Shown: in pieces, positions 42,330 to 51,959 of the stretch
Layout of the letters: each line of letters starts with the position of its first letter
Numbering within the stretch: the stretch's first letter is position 1
NCBI GenBank assembly: GCA_900546275.1
Contig: URCH01000003.1
Location: 37,991 to 101,990 of the forward strand
Direction of reading: 5' to 3'
From: an uncultured Mycoplasmatota bacterium
Lineage (GTDB): Bacteria > Bacillota_I > Bacilli_A > RF39 > UBA660
DNA: 64,000 nt
Position numbers and translations under genes: made by a program
Notes under the pieces: generated by a model
What the model was told of the DNA's origin: nothing
Database searches by the model: none
The model's input: only the letters and a program-made list of their open reading frames with translations

Positions 42330-43025
42330 CTATATCTTTTTTATTAGTTGTTTAAAGGTTTTTATCTCATATGTAGGTATATAACATGTATCATTTACTA
42401 TACCTTTCTTGTTATACCAACATGTATCTATACCATATAAATTTCCACCCTTTATATCAGAATGTAATGAGTCTCCTATTATTAATACTTCTTCTTTATT
42501 TTTTAAGTTTAACTTTTTAAATAAATAATCATAATATTCTATAGATGATTTTGAATAGCCACAATCTTGTGCTGATACAATATCTAAAACAATATGTAAT
42601 ATTTTTATTTGTTGTAGTTTTTTTATAGCTTGTTTTCTATTTCCATTTGTTGAAATAATAATATCTGAAAATTTATTTAAAAGAATTAAGTTATTATCAT
42701 AATTTTCTGTTTTTTTTACTTTTTCTGCTAACATACTTTCATAATATAAATACATTTTATAAGCAAAATTATAATTAATATCAAAAAAGCTTTTAATTAG
42801 CTCTATCCTTAATAATTCAATTTTATCTATTGAAGAAATATTTGAATTCTCATTTTTTTCTTTGGTTATATTTTCCCAATAATAAAGCTCATATTTTTTA
42901 AAATCTTCATATGTTAAATTTGTTTTAAATTTAAATTTTTTTAACATTTGATTAAATGCATAACTTGTTGAATAATCATATTCTATTAATGTATCATCTA
43001 TATCCAATAATAAATATTTATACAT
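42330..43025 (-). CDS. HAD-superfamily hydrolase
   Basis: Motif I LLDIDDTLIEY and a C-terminal GDSLHSDIKGG motif. Confidence 0.6.
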   Translation of the reverse strand: MYKYLLLDIDDTLIEYDYSTSYAFNQMLKKFKFKTNLTYEDFKKYELYYWENITKEKNENSNISSIDKIELLRIELIKSFFDINYNFAYKMYLYYESMLAEKVKKTENYDNNLILLNKFSDIIISTNGNRKQAIKKLQQIKILHIVLDIVSAQDCGYSKSSIEYYDYLFKKLNLKNKEEVLIIGDSLHSDIKGGNLYGIDTCWYNKKGIVNDTCYIPTYEIKTFKQLIKKI

Positions 43026-43033
43026 ATTTCCCC

Positions 43034-44800
43034 CTAGTTATTCAAATTATTTAAAAAATTTTTTAAGTTTTTTGAAACATTCATAGGAAGTATTTCAGAT
43101 AATTCTTCTATAGAAGCCTGTTTCATTTTTGAAATAGTTTTGTATTTTTTTATAAGCAGATTCCTTCTCTTTTGACCTATTCCCTCAATATTATCAAGTA
43201 TTCCTTCTAATGAACCTTTACTCCTAATTTGTTTATGATAATTTATTGTATAGTTATGTACTTCATCTTGCATTCTTTCTAAGTAATAAAATAAATTACT
43301 TTTTTTATTAATTTTTATTTCTTCTATTGGATCGTTTGCAAGTAAAGCCGATGTTGCATGTTTATCATCTTTTTTTAAACCTATTACTTTTATATTTAAA
43401 TTAAGTGATTTTATAACTTCACGTGCTACATGCATCTGTCCTATACCACCATCCACTATTATTAAATCAGGTCGTTCTAAATTATCTTTTAATACTCTAA
43501 AATATCTTCTATAAATTACTTCTCTCATTGTATTATAATCATCATTTTTATCAAAACTTATTTTAAACTTTCTATAATCGTTTTTACTTGGAATACCATT
43601 TTTATATACTACCATACCTGAAACGTTGTAATTTCCAAAAAGATTTGAATTATCAAATAATTCTATTCTATCTAATTTTTCTAGTTTTAATATATTTTTT
43701 AATTCTTCATTTGCTTGATATGTTCTTTGTTCATTTTTTTCTATTAAATCAAACTCTTCATTAAGTGCGATTTCTGCATTCTCATTTGCCATTTTTATTA
43801 AATTTAATTTTTCTCCTTTTAATGGAACTCTAACATTTACTTTAAGAAATGATTCTAGTAATTCTTGATTTGCTTCACTAGGTACAAGTATTTCTTTTGG
43901 AAGTATTACTCCGCTTTGATAAAAATTAGCTATATAACGTGTTAATTCCTCATCTTCATTATCTATTAGTGGAAATATTGATTTATGTCTTTCAAGTATT
44001 TTACCACTTCTTATAAAAAATACTTGTATACTAATATATCCTTTATTAACATAAAAACCAAATATATCTCTATCTATATTATCTTTTATTTCTACTTTTT
44101 GTTTTTTTAATGTAATATTTATATAATCAAGTAATTCTTTTAATTCTTGAGCTTTTTCAAATCTTAAATTGTCACTTTCTGTTTTCATTTCTTTTTTTAT
44201 TTCTTCTATTACTTCAGAATCATCACCTCTTAAAAATTTTATTATATCTGTTTTCATGTCTTTAATTTTTTCTTCATCTATAGTATTTGTACAATAACCT
44301 AGGCATTGACCTATGTGATAATAAAGGCAAGGTTTTTTATTATAAGTTTTACATTTTCTAAGTGGATATATTCTATTTAATAATTCAACTGTTTTTTTAG
44401 CAGCATACACATTTGGATATGGTCCATATAAATTGTTATGATTTTTTTTTCTATTTACATTTCTAACTACAAGTAATCTAGGAACCTTTTCGTTTGTAAG
44501 TTCAATATATGGATAGCTTTTATCATCTCTTAATAATATATTATATTTAGGATCATATTTTTTTATTAAATTAAGTTCTAGTATTAATGATTCTGTTTCA
44601 CTACCAACTACTATATATTCAAAATCAACTATTTCACTTACTAGTTTTCCTGTTTTTCCAGTATGTGTTCCTCTAAAATATGAACTAAGTCTATTTTTTA
44701 ATTTTTTTGCTTTACCAACATATATTATTACATTATCTTTATTTTTCATTAAGTAACATCCAGGTTTGTTTGGTACTAATGAAAGTTTTTCTTTTATCAT
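43034..44800 (-). CDS. uvrC: Excinuclease ABC subunit C
   Basis: GIY-YIG domain (GCYLMKN...IIYVGKAKKLKNR), UvrBC interaction region, RNase H-like endonuclease domain and a C-terminal HhH. Confidence 0.95.
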   Translation of the reverse strand: MIKEKLSLVPNKPGCYLMKNKDNVIIYVGKAKKLKNRLSSYFRGTHTGKTGKLVSEIVDFEYIVVGSETESLILELNLIKKYDPKYNILLRDDKSYPYIELTNEKVPRLLVVRNVNRKKNHNNLYGPYPNVYAAKKTVELLNRIYPLRKCKTYNKKPCLYYHIGQCLGYCTNTIDEEKIKDMKTDIIKFLRGDDSEVIEEIKKEMKTESDNLRFEKAQELKELLDYINITLKKQKVEIKDNIDRDIFGFYVNKGYISIQVFFIRSGKILERHKSIFPLIDNEDEELTRYIANFYQSGVILPKEILVPSEANQELLESFLKVNVRVPLKGEKLNLIKMANENAEIALNEEFDLIEKNEQRTYQANEELKNILKLEKLDRIELFDNSNLFGNYNVSGMVVYKNGIPSKNDYRKFKISFDKNDDYNTMREVIYRRYFRVLKDNLERPDLIIVDGGIGQMHVAREVIKSLNLNIKVIGLKKDDKHATSALLANDPIEEIKINKKSNLFYYLERMQDEVHNYTINYHKQIRSKGSLEGILDNIEGIGQKRRNLLIKKYKTISKMKQASIEELSEILPMNVSKNLKNFLNNLNN

Positions 44801-44825
44801 GCTATCACCTCATTTTTGTTAATGC

Positions 44826-46001
44826 TTAATACATTTTAATTACAAATAATAATATTATTATAAATATAGAAATAGTTATTATATTATTTTTAATAAAATT
44901 TATTAGTGAAAAATTTACATCTTCATCTAATACTACATCTACTTTTTTATATATTTTATTTTTATATGATATATCTATATATCCTATTTTTGTATCTTTT
45001 TTCATACCATAGTTTAACTTTTCTATACCATTATAATTAATTTTAATTTCATTTTTATCATAATCGTTTGGCAAATATAATAATATTGGTTCTTTTGCTT
45101 TTATTTTTTTTACAGTTTTTGGATCGTTTTTTATTTTTAATTCTACTAAGGTATCATCTTTTTTTATTATTTCTTGATATTTATAATTTTGAAAATAATA
45201 ATTATATATATTTATTGCATCTTTTACATGATTGCTACCATTTATATCTGCATTTGTAGTAACTAATAAATATTTTATATTATTGTTTCCATCAAGTGCT
45301 ATAGAAGCTAAACATCTACCTGCACCATATGTAAATCCAGTTTTACCACCTAATATATAGTTAACACTTGAATCTATAGAAGTTGCTATAGAAAATACTG
45401 TACTATAAACAGTTTTTGATTTATCTTTAAATGTATACGATTTAGAAAAAAATATTTCTTTAAATTTTTCATTTTTCATAGCCTCATTTAATAATATAGC
45501 AACTTCATCTACTGTAGAATGTTGTTTTTCATCATCTAAACCTATTGGATTTTCAAAAACTGTATTTTTTAAATTTAGTTGTTGAGCCTTTTTATTCATT
45601 AATTTAACAAAGTCTTCTTCATTTCCTGATATAGAATATGTAAGTCCTCGTACTGCATCTGCTCCACTAGCTAAAAAAGCTGCATATAATAAATCGTTAT
45701 ATGTTACATTTTGATTTTCTTTTAATCCAACAACTGCTAAATTTTGTTCTCTTAAACCTGAAAGCATATTTGATGTAATAGTAACATTTTTATCATAATC
45801 TGAAATATTTTCTATTGCAACTAAAACAGTCATTATTTTAGTAAGACTTGCTATGCTTGTTACTTGATCTTTATTTTTTTCAAATACTACTGTATTATCA
45901 TTTAAATTATACATTACGGCATTTTTACTATTTATATCAAGTCCATATGTATTTGATATAAATGTAATAAACGTTACAAATAATAAAATTATTTTTTTCA
46001 T
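44826..46001 (-). CDS. Serine-type D-Ala-D-Ala carboxypeptidase (DacB/PBP5-like)
   Basis: Signal peptide, SLTKIMT (SxxK), an SGN-like motif and a KTG motif (GKTGFT). C-terminal TM anchor. Confidence 0.8.
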   Translation of the reverse strand: MKKIILLFVTFITFISNTYGLDINSKNAVMYNLNDNTVVFEKNKDQVTSIASLTKIMTVLVAIENISDYDKNVTITSNMLSGLREQNLAVVGLKENQNVTYNDLLYAAFLASGADAVRGLTYSISGNEEDFVKLMNKKAQQLNLKNTVFENPIGLDDEKQHSTVDEVAILLNEAMKNEKFKEIFFSKSYTFKDKSKTVYSTVFSIATSIDSSVNYILGGKTGFTYGAGRCLASIALDGNNNIKYLLVTTNADINGSNHVKDAINIYNYYFQNYKYQEIIKKDDTLVELKIKNDPKTVKKIKAKEPILLYLPNDYDKNEIKINYNGIEKLNYGMKKDTKIGYIDISYKNKIYKKVDVVLDEDVNFSLINFIKNNIITISIFIIILLFVIKMY

Positions 46002-46159
46002 ATTTTCTCCATTTACATTTTTATTTAATATTACTAAATTAATTATACTCTATATAAGATAATTTTTATAAGTTATGTAAAAAAGTTTACTTGTAAATCA
46101 AAATTATCTTTTAATTAAATGATATTCATTTCATTTAATTTTAAAGCTAAAAGATTAAA

Positions 46160-46666
46160 TTAAATGTTTGTATTATATTCAATACATTTTTCTTCTAATA
46201 ATTTAAAATTGCAACACCTTTTTGCAATACTTTCATTTAAAGTACCATTAATATATTTATCATATAACTTTTTAGATCTACCATATAACTTATCATCATT
46301 ACGATTTAACCAAAATATTTGTTCCTTTAACATTTTAGTATATTTTTCTTCAGTTTTAGTTAAACATTCTTTATCTAAATCTAATTTGATAATATTTTTA
46401 TTTGTTACAGGTAACATATTATTAAAGTTAATTGCTCCCAAATCACCATTTGCAATTTTCAAAAAATCTAATGTTGTTTTCATAGTTTTATGTTTTGGTT
46501 TAGGACTTGATAACGGGGCAAAATATTTACAATCATTAACTTCAAATAGTACACCAATAAATGGTCTTAATTCTTTTTTATCATAATTATATGGAACTCT
46601 TTTATCAAATTGTCTTAAATAATCACAATATTTTGAATCCAGTCTAACTAAAATCAAGCTTTCCAT
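46160..46666 (-). CDS. toxN: Type III toxin-antitoxin toxin, ToxN/AbiQ family endoribonuclease
   Basis: Family-typical N-terminus ...YxxYLxxFDKRVP...RPFIGVLFEV...KYFAPLSSPKPKH. Length 168 aa. GAGGGTG ribosome-binding site. Immediately preceded by terminator and tandem repeats. Confidence 0.75.
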   Translation of the reverse strand: MESLILVRLDSKYCDYLRQFDKRVPYNYDKKELRPFIGVLFEVNDCKYFAPLSSPKPKHKTMKTTLDFLKIANGDLGAINFNNMLPVTNKNIIKLDLDKECLTKTEEKYTKMLKEQIFWLNRNDDKLYGRSKKLYDKYINGTLNESIAKRCCNFKLLEEKCIEYNTNI

Positions 46667-46710
46667 AGCATCACCCTCGAAAAATATTATATACTAAAAA
46701 ACAAAATAAA

Positions 46711-46730
46711 ACTAGAGTTTGCTCTCTAGT
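46711..46730 (-). terminator. Intrinsic terminator between the antitoxin repeats and toxN
   Basis: ACTAGAG-tttgct-CTCTAGT 7-bp stem. On the minus strand it is followed by TTTTATTTTGTTTTTT. Confidence 0.6.
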
Positions 46731-46733
46731 CTC

Positions 46734-46837
46734 TTTTTTAAGTTCACTGTTATGGCCGGAATCGCCACTTTTTTAAGTTCCTGTTAAAGCCGGAATCGCT
46801 TCTTTTTTAAGTTCCTCTTATAGTGGGAATCACTAGC
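46734..46837 (-). ncRNA. toxI: ToxI-like type III antitoxin RNA: three tandem 34-35-nt repeats
   Basis: Minus-strand units are gctagtgattcccactataagaggaacttaaaaaa, gaagcgattccggctttaacaggaacttaaaaaa and gtggcgattccggccataacagtgaacttaaaaaa. A candidate -10 TATAAT lies on the minus strand at 46871-46866. The units are GC-rich islands in an AT-rich intergenic region. Confidence 0.65.
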
Positions 46838-46994
46838 TTTTTTTGTGCTACTATGTAGCATTATTATTATATGCATAAATGCACAACATAATCACTTATG
46901 TGCCAATAATATACCATAAATATATTAAAATGTCTAGTTTTCTCAAAAAAGTTTTATATTTTTTTATTATATAAAATAAAATTCAAATATGTTT

Positions 46995-47583
46995 TTATAT
47001 ATCCCCAGTATATATTTTTTTCATTATTAAGTTAACACTTGATACTACAACATTTGATGTGCCTTCTTCACCCAATATATCAACTGTAGCTTGTAGAATT
47101 GTTGCTTCTTCAAATCTGAAAAGTATAGTTTGGGAAAAGCTCATTTGTTTTCCATCTCCGGCCTCTAATTTAAATACAGTATCTTTAAGTGCTGCCCCTT
47201 CACCTGTTTTAATGTAAAAAGTTGCACCATGTGTATCGTCTGCTTTTTCTATTAGACCTGAAAAAGTAATTTCATAAATTCCTGGTTGTACTTCTATTTG
47301 ACTTTCACTTGGTAAAGAAAAATATGGAGATACGCTAGGAATAAACCAAGTATTTTCAAGATTCATTTCACCAGATATAACTGAATCTTGAAAACTTGTA
47401 AAAAATATACCCTCGTTTGAAGATACAGCAATGGGCCCAATTGGCCCTTGCATTCCTTGAGGGCCTGTCATACCCGTTGGACATTGAGGTCAAGTTGGTC
47501 CAACTGTTTGATATTCCAGCACATAATAATTTATTTCTAAGTTTTATATTTTCTTCCAATTCTTGATATTTATCTAAAGACAT
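46995..47583 (-). pseudogene. BclA-like collagen-repeat (exosporium/surface) protein with a frameshift and interrupted GXX triplets
   Basis: The N-terminal ORF (MSLDKYQELEENIK...) and the C-terminal ORF (MTGPQGMQGPIGP... plus a BclA_C/C1q-like globular domain) are in different frames. Upstream in the C-terminal frame reads VGPT*PQCPTGMTGPQ, where TGA and TGT occupy Gly positions of the GXX repeat. Confidence 0.5.
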
Positions 47584-47650
47584 AAAAAAATACCTCCTAT
47601 CATAATATATAAGAAAGTATTTTTATTGTATAAATCAAATGTTTGATATA

Positions 47651-48649
47651 TTATTTATTTTTTAATATAAAATTATATGAATCTTTACACATTTCTTCAA
47701 TAGTTTTAGTCGTTTTAAAATTTAGCTCTTTTAATGCATAAGATGTATCTGCATAACATGCATCAATATCTCCAGGTCTTCTATTTGTAATTTTATATTT
47801 TACATCTATATTATTTACTTTAGAAAATGCATTTACAAGTTCTAAAACACTGTAACCTTTTCCAGTACCTAAGTTATATGCATCACAAATATTTTCTTTT
47901 AATATTTTTTCTATTGCTTTTATATGTCCATTAGCTAGATCAACAACATGTATGTAATCTCTTACACCTGTTCCATCAATGGTGTTATAATCATTACCAA
48001 ATATATTTAAGCATTCCAATTCTTTGTTAGCTACTTTTACAATATATGGCATTAAATTATTTGGTATATCATTTGGATTTTCTCCAAGTAATCCTGATGG
48101 ATGTGCACCTATAGGATTAAAATATCTAAGTATAGCTATACTCCATGTATTATCTGATTTATATAAATCTCTTAGTATTCCTTCAATCATTAATTTTGTT
48201 GTTCCATATGGGTTAGTTGTTGAAAGTGGAAAATCTTCTTTAATGGGTAATGAATTAGGTTTACCATAAACAGTCGCACTAGATGAAAAAGCTATTTTTT
48301 TGCAATTATATTCATTCATAACTTCTAATAAAGAAAGGGTTGAATCTATATTATTTCTATAATACATAAGTGGTTTTTTTACTGATTCTCCAACAGCTTT
48401 GTATCCAGCAAAATGTATAACGGCATTTATTCGATTTTCACTAAATATTTTATTTAATATTTGCTTATCACAGACATCTCCTTCGTAAAATTTAAAATCT
48501 TTTTTTGTTATTGTTTTTATTTTTTCAATAACATCTTTTTTAGAATTTGAAAAGTTATCTATTACTACAACTTCATAATTATTATTTAAAAGCTCAACAA
48601 CAGTATGGCTTCCAATATATCCAGTTCCACCAGTCACTAATATTTTCAT
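47651..48649 (-). CDS. galE: UDP-glucose 4-epimerase
   Basis: Rossmann motif VTGGTGYIGSH, the YxxxK catalytic dyad region and 332 aa. Confidence 0.9.
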   Translation of the reverse strand: MKILVTGGTGYIGSHTVVELLNNNYEVVVIDNFSNSKKDVIEKIKTITKKDFKFYEGDVCDKQILNKIFSENRINAVIHFAGYKAVGESVKKPLMYYRNNIDSTLSLLEVMNEYNCKKIAFSSSATVYGKPNSLPIKEDFPLSTTNPYGTTKLMIEGILRDLYKSDNTWSIAILRYFNPIGAHPSGLLGENPNDIPNNLMPYIVKVANKELECLNIFGNDYNTIDGTGVRDYIHVVDLANGHIKAIEKILKENICDAYNLGTGKGYSVLELVNAFSKVNNIDVKYKITNRRPGDIDACYADTSYALKELNFKTTKTIEEMCKDSYNFILKNK

Positions 48650-48657
48650 AATACCTC

Positions 48658-49722
48658 CTATAAATTATCAATTTGATCTTTTAAAGTATGAACTTTATTT
48701 AAACTTTCTTTTTTACCAATTATAATTAAATTGTCAGAATCTATACAAAAAATATCTTCAACATCCAATAATACAATCTTTTTATTATTGCAATAAACTA
48801 TATTATTATTTGAATCGATTATTTGAACATTCCCTTTAACAATATTATTATTTTCATCTTTTGGTAGATAACGTTCAATCGAATTCCAAGTACCAATATC
48901 ATCCCAACCAATATTAGTAGGTATTGTATATACATTTTTTGATTTTTCCATAATTGCATAGTCAATTGATATTTTTGTACAATCGTTATATGCCTTATTC
49001 AAAAATTCATAATATTTTGGATTTGAAAAATCTGGTAAATTTATTAGCAAATTATACTCATTTGGTATATTAACTTTACATTCTTCTAGCATATTTTTAA
49101 CATTAAAAATGAACATTCCAGCATTCCACAAATATTTTTTACTTTGATAATATTCATTTGCTAATTCCAAATTTGGTTTTTCAACAAACTTAGAAACCTT
49201 TAATACTTTACTACTGCCTGGTTCAAATTTTATATATCCATAACCAGTTTCAGCTCTCGTAGGTTCTATTCCTATAGTAACAATTGCGTTTGTATTATTA
49301 TTTACAAACTCATTGGCCAAAACTATATCATTTATAAATTTTTCTTCATTTTTTATATAACTGTCTGAAGAAATACAAACAACATTTGCATTTTTATAAA
49401 TGTTCTTAATATATATGGTAGACAGCAAAATACATGGTGCAGTATTCTTAGAACAAGGCTCAGTTATAATATTTAAATCTTTTATATCAGGTATTTGTTT
49501 TTTTATTTTATCTATATAATCATAATTTGTTATTATAAATATTCTATCACTAGGAATCAATTTATTGATTCTTTCATATGTCATTTGCAACATAGATTTT
49601 TCATTTAACAGCGATAAAAATTGTTTTGGATTGTCAGATGTAGACTGAGGCCAAAATCTAGTACCAATCCCACCTGCCATTATTAAGGCACATAACATAC
49701 TATTTCTCCTTCTTTTTAACAA
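48658..49722 (-). CDS. manC: Mannose-1-phosphate guanylyltransferase (NTP-transferase domain only)
   Basis: LIMAGGIGTRFWP nucleotide-binding motif. Length 354 aa. No cupin/PMI domain. Confidence 0.75.
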   Translation of the reverse strand: MLKRRRNSMLCALIMAGGIGTRFWPQSTSDNPKQFLSLLNEKSMLQMTYERINKLIPSDRIFIITNYDYIDKIKKQIPDIKDLNIITEPCSKNTAPCILLSTIYIKNIYKNANVVCISSDSYIKNEEKFINDIVLANEFVNNNTNAIVTIGIEPTRAETGYGYIKFEPGSSKVLKVSKFVEKPNLELANEYYQSKKYLWNAGMFIFNVKNMLEECKVNIPNEYNLLINLPDFSNPKYYEFLNKAYNDCTKISIDYAIMEKSKNVYTIPTNIGWDDIGTWNSIERYLPKDENNNIVKGNVQIIDSNNNIVYCNNKKIVLLDVEDIFCIDSDNLIIIGKKESLNKVHTLKDQIDNL

Positions 49723-50446
49723 ATGATGGTTTTCCGTTTATATATTTAAAGAAACCAAACGAATAAATTATTCTCTTAAATCTTGCTTTATTAAATTGTT
49801 TAAATAGACGATATATTCCTTCTAATCCCAATTTACTGATTTTTTCTGGTGCTCTTTTAATTTTACCAGAAACGAAGTCAACAGTTCCACCACTTCCAAT
49901 AGCAAATTTAACACCTAACTGTGTCAATTCTTTTAAATTATCTCTCATAAAGAATTCCTGTTTTGGAGCACCAAATCCGACAAAAATTATATCTGGTTTT
50001 GACTTTTTTATATGAGACATACAATCATCTACAAATTTTTTAGAAAATGGATAATCTTCATATGAAGGTGAATAGCCATCTGCTTTTATTCCATATTTTT
50101 CCTTTACATTTACTACTGCCTGGGCATTTGAATCTTCTTTTCCCCCCAAGAAGTACAATTTCATGTTATTTTTTTTCGCATATTCACAAAAATCATATAC
50201 AATTTCACTGCCAGATAATTTTTCTACTTTTTTAAATTTCTTATCTTTTAATCTAGCAAATTTTAATGGAACTTGTCCATCTATAGTAGCATAATTAGAA
50301 TTAACAAAATCATACAAATCTTTATTAGTATTTGCCAATCTAATAATCTGTGCATTTAATGTTACAATACACTTAGTTTTTTCATTATCTATTTCAAATA
50401 AATCTTTTTTATTTTTAATATTTATATTTAAATTACAATATTTCAT
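49700..50446 (-). CDS. WecB/TagA/CpsF family (GT26) glycosyltransferase
   Basis: Family-like motifs TIDGQVPLKFARL and FLGGKED. Confidence 0.7.
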   Translation of the reverse strand: MKYCNLNINIKNKKDLFEIDNEKTKCIVTLNAQIIRLANTNKDLYDFVNSNYATIDGQVPLKFARLKDKKFKKVEKLSGSEIVYDFCEYAKKNNMKLYFLGGKEDSNAQAVVNVKEKYGIKADGYSPSYEDYPFSKKFVDDCMSHIKKSKPDIIFVGFGAPKQEFFMRDNLKELTQLGVKFAIGSGGTVDFVSGKIKRAPEKISKLGLEGIYRLFKQFNKARFKRIIYSFGFFKYINGKPSFVKKKEK

Positions 50447-50538
50447 AACTCTATCATAATGAAATTATATTTCATTATACCTCCCTTACCATATAAAAAT
50501 TAAGATTTTTTATACTATAATAATCTTTTCCAATTATA

Positions 50539-51957
50539 TTAAAATCTAAAATATATAAATGGATTAAAATTTGAACTTATTAAATACATAACGCAAACAA
50601 GAAATAACCCCAAATAAACTGCATTTAAAGCATAATTTAATATTGGCTTTTTAATGCATAAATTTTCTATTTTCTTATATATAGGAAACATAAATAAAAT
50701 AGATGGAATAATAAACAAAATTGGAATAATTAAATTATTGCTTGCGAATATTTCAATATAATTAGTAGAAGAAAAATCAAATAATTTTTTTATAAAGTAA
50801 AATACTTCACTTATATTTTCAACTCTAAAAATTACCCAGCCTATAATTATTAATATAATGGAATATAACCAACGTACAACTGAAGGCCACTTATCAATAA
50901 ACTTCTTTAAAAATATTTTTTCTAATATAAGCAAAAAGCAGAAATACAAGCCCCATATAATAAAATTCCAACTAGCGCCGTGCCATAAACCAGTCAAGGC
51001 CCAAACAACTAATAGATTCAAAATCCACCTAAATTTGCTAACCCTATTACCTCCTAATGGAATATACACATAATCCCTAAACCAACTAGAAAGAGAAATA
51101 TGCCATCTTCTCCAAAATTCAGTAATAGATCTTGATATATATGGATAATTAAAGTTTTCCAAAAAATGAAATCCAAAAATTTGACCTAACCCAATTGCCA
51201 TATCACTATATCCACTAAAATCATAATATATTTGCAAAGAATATGCAATAGCACCAAGCCAAATTATTGAACTACCATATCCTGATTGATGTATATATGA
51301 ATTATCAAATATAAAATCAGCAAGTAACGCAACATTATTAGCTAAAATAATTTTTTTAGATAATCCAATTATAAATCTTTTTACTCCAGAGATAATGTCG
51401 TTTAAATTTTCTTTTCTGTTTTCTAATTCGTCTTGTACAGTTTCGTATCTAACAATTGGACCAGCAACTAATTGAGGAAACAAAGTCACATACAATGACA
51501 AATCAAGAATATTTTTTTGTACAGGTATCTTTTTTCTATAGACATCAATTATATATGATAATATTTGAAATGTATAAAAACTTATACCTATAGGTAAAAC
51601 TATCGCTTTAATTGATATATTTAATTTAAATATATTATTAATATTATCAACTATAAAATTAGCGTATTTGAAATATATTAAATTTCCAATAATAAGGATT
51701 AAACTCAATATAAAAGTAATATTTTTCAAAAGAGTTTTATTTTTAGTTTCTAATTTGTCTATTAATATCCCTGCAATATATGAAATTAATATCACTAAAA
51801 ACATTAAAAATATATATTTTGGTTCTCCCCAAGCGTAAAACAATATTGAAAACAACAGTAAAATGAAATTTCTATACCATCTTTTTTTTAATAAAAAATA
51901 TAGAAAAAGTAATAATGGTAAAAAAGCAAATATAAATGTTAAACTACTAAACAGCAT
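50539..51957 (-). CDS. MBOAT family O-acyltransferase (AlgI/DltB-like)
   Basis: Polytopic membrane protein with the conserved His region ...WRRWHISLSSWFRDYVYIPLGGN.... Confidence 0.85.
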   Translation of the reverse strand: MLFSSLTFIFAFLPLLLFLYFLLKKRWYRNFILLLFSILFYAWGEPKYIFLMFLVILISYIAGILIDKLETKNKTLLKNITFILSLILIIGNLIYFKYANFIVDNINNIFKLNISIKAIVLPIGISFYTFQILSYIIDVYRKKIPVQKNILDLSLYVTLFPQLVAGPIVRYETVQDELENRKENLNDIISGVKRFIIGLSKKIILANNVALLADFIFDNSYIHQSGYGSSIIWLGAIAYSLQIYYDFSGYSDMAIGLGQIFGFHFLENFNYPYISRSITEFWRRWHISLSSWFRDYVYIPLGGNRVSKFRWILNLLVVWALTGLWHGASWNFIIWGLYFCFLLILEKIFLKKFIDKWPSVVRWLYSIILIIIGWVIFRVENISEVFYFIKKLFDFSSTNYIEIFASNNLIIPILFIIPSILFMFPIYKKIENLCIKKPILNYALNAVYLGLFLVCVMYLISSNFNPFIYFRF

Positions 51958-51959
51958 TG

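Noticed and set aside
46734-46837. The tandem 35-nt repeats could be a mini CRISPR array or an iteron/att site.
   Set aside because: The units are directly adjacent with no unique spacers and no cas genes, and they sit exactly upstream of a ToxN/AbiQ homologue with an intervening terminator. The type III antitoxin interpretation fits better.
46740-46840. GC-rich islands (ggccggaatcgcc, gggaatcac) in AT-rich DNA might be a tRNA or tRNA fragment.
   Set aside because: No cloverleaf can be drawn and there is no GTTCRANYC T-loop with a matching acceptor stem. The pattern repeats three times with a 35-nt period instead.
47440-47520. TGA in a Gly position of a collagen GXX repeat could indicate TGA=Gly (code 25) or TGA=Trp recoding.
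   Set aside because: TGA terminates other genes in the window (for example, the lepB fragment and several ORFs). A TGT (Cys) also sits in a Gly slot, and the gene has an additional frameshift, so gene decay is the simpler reading.
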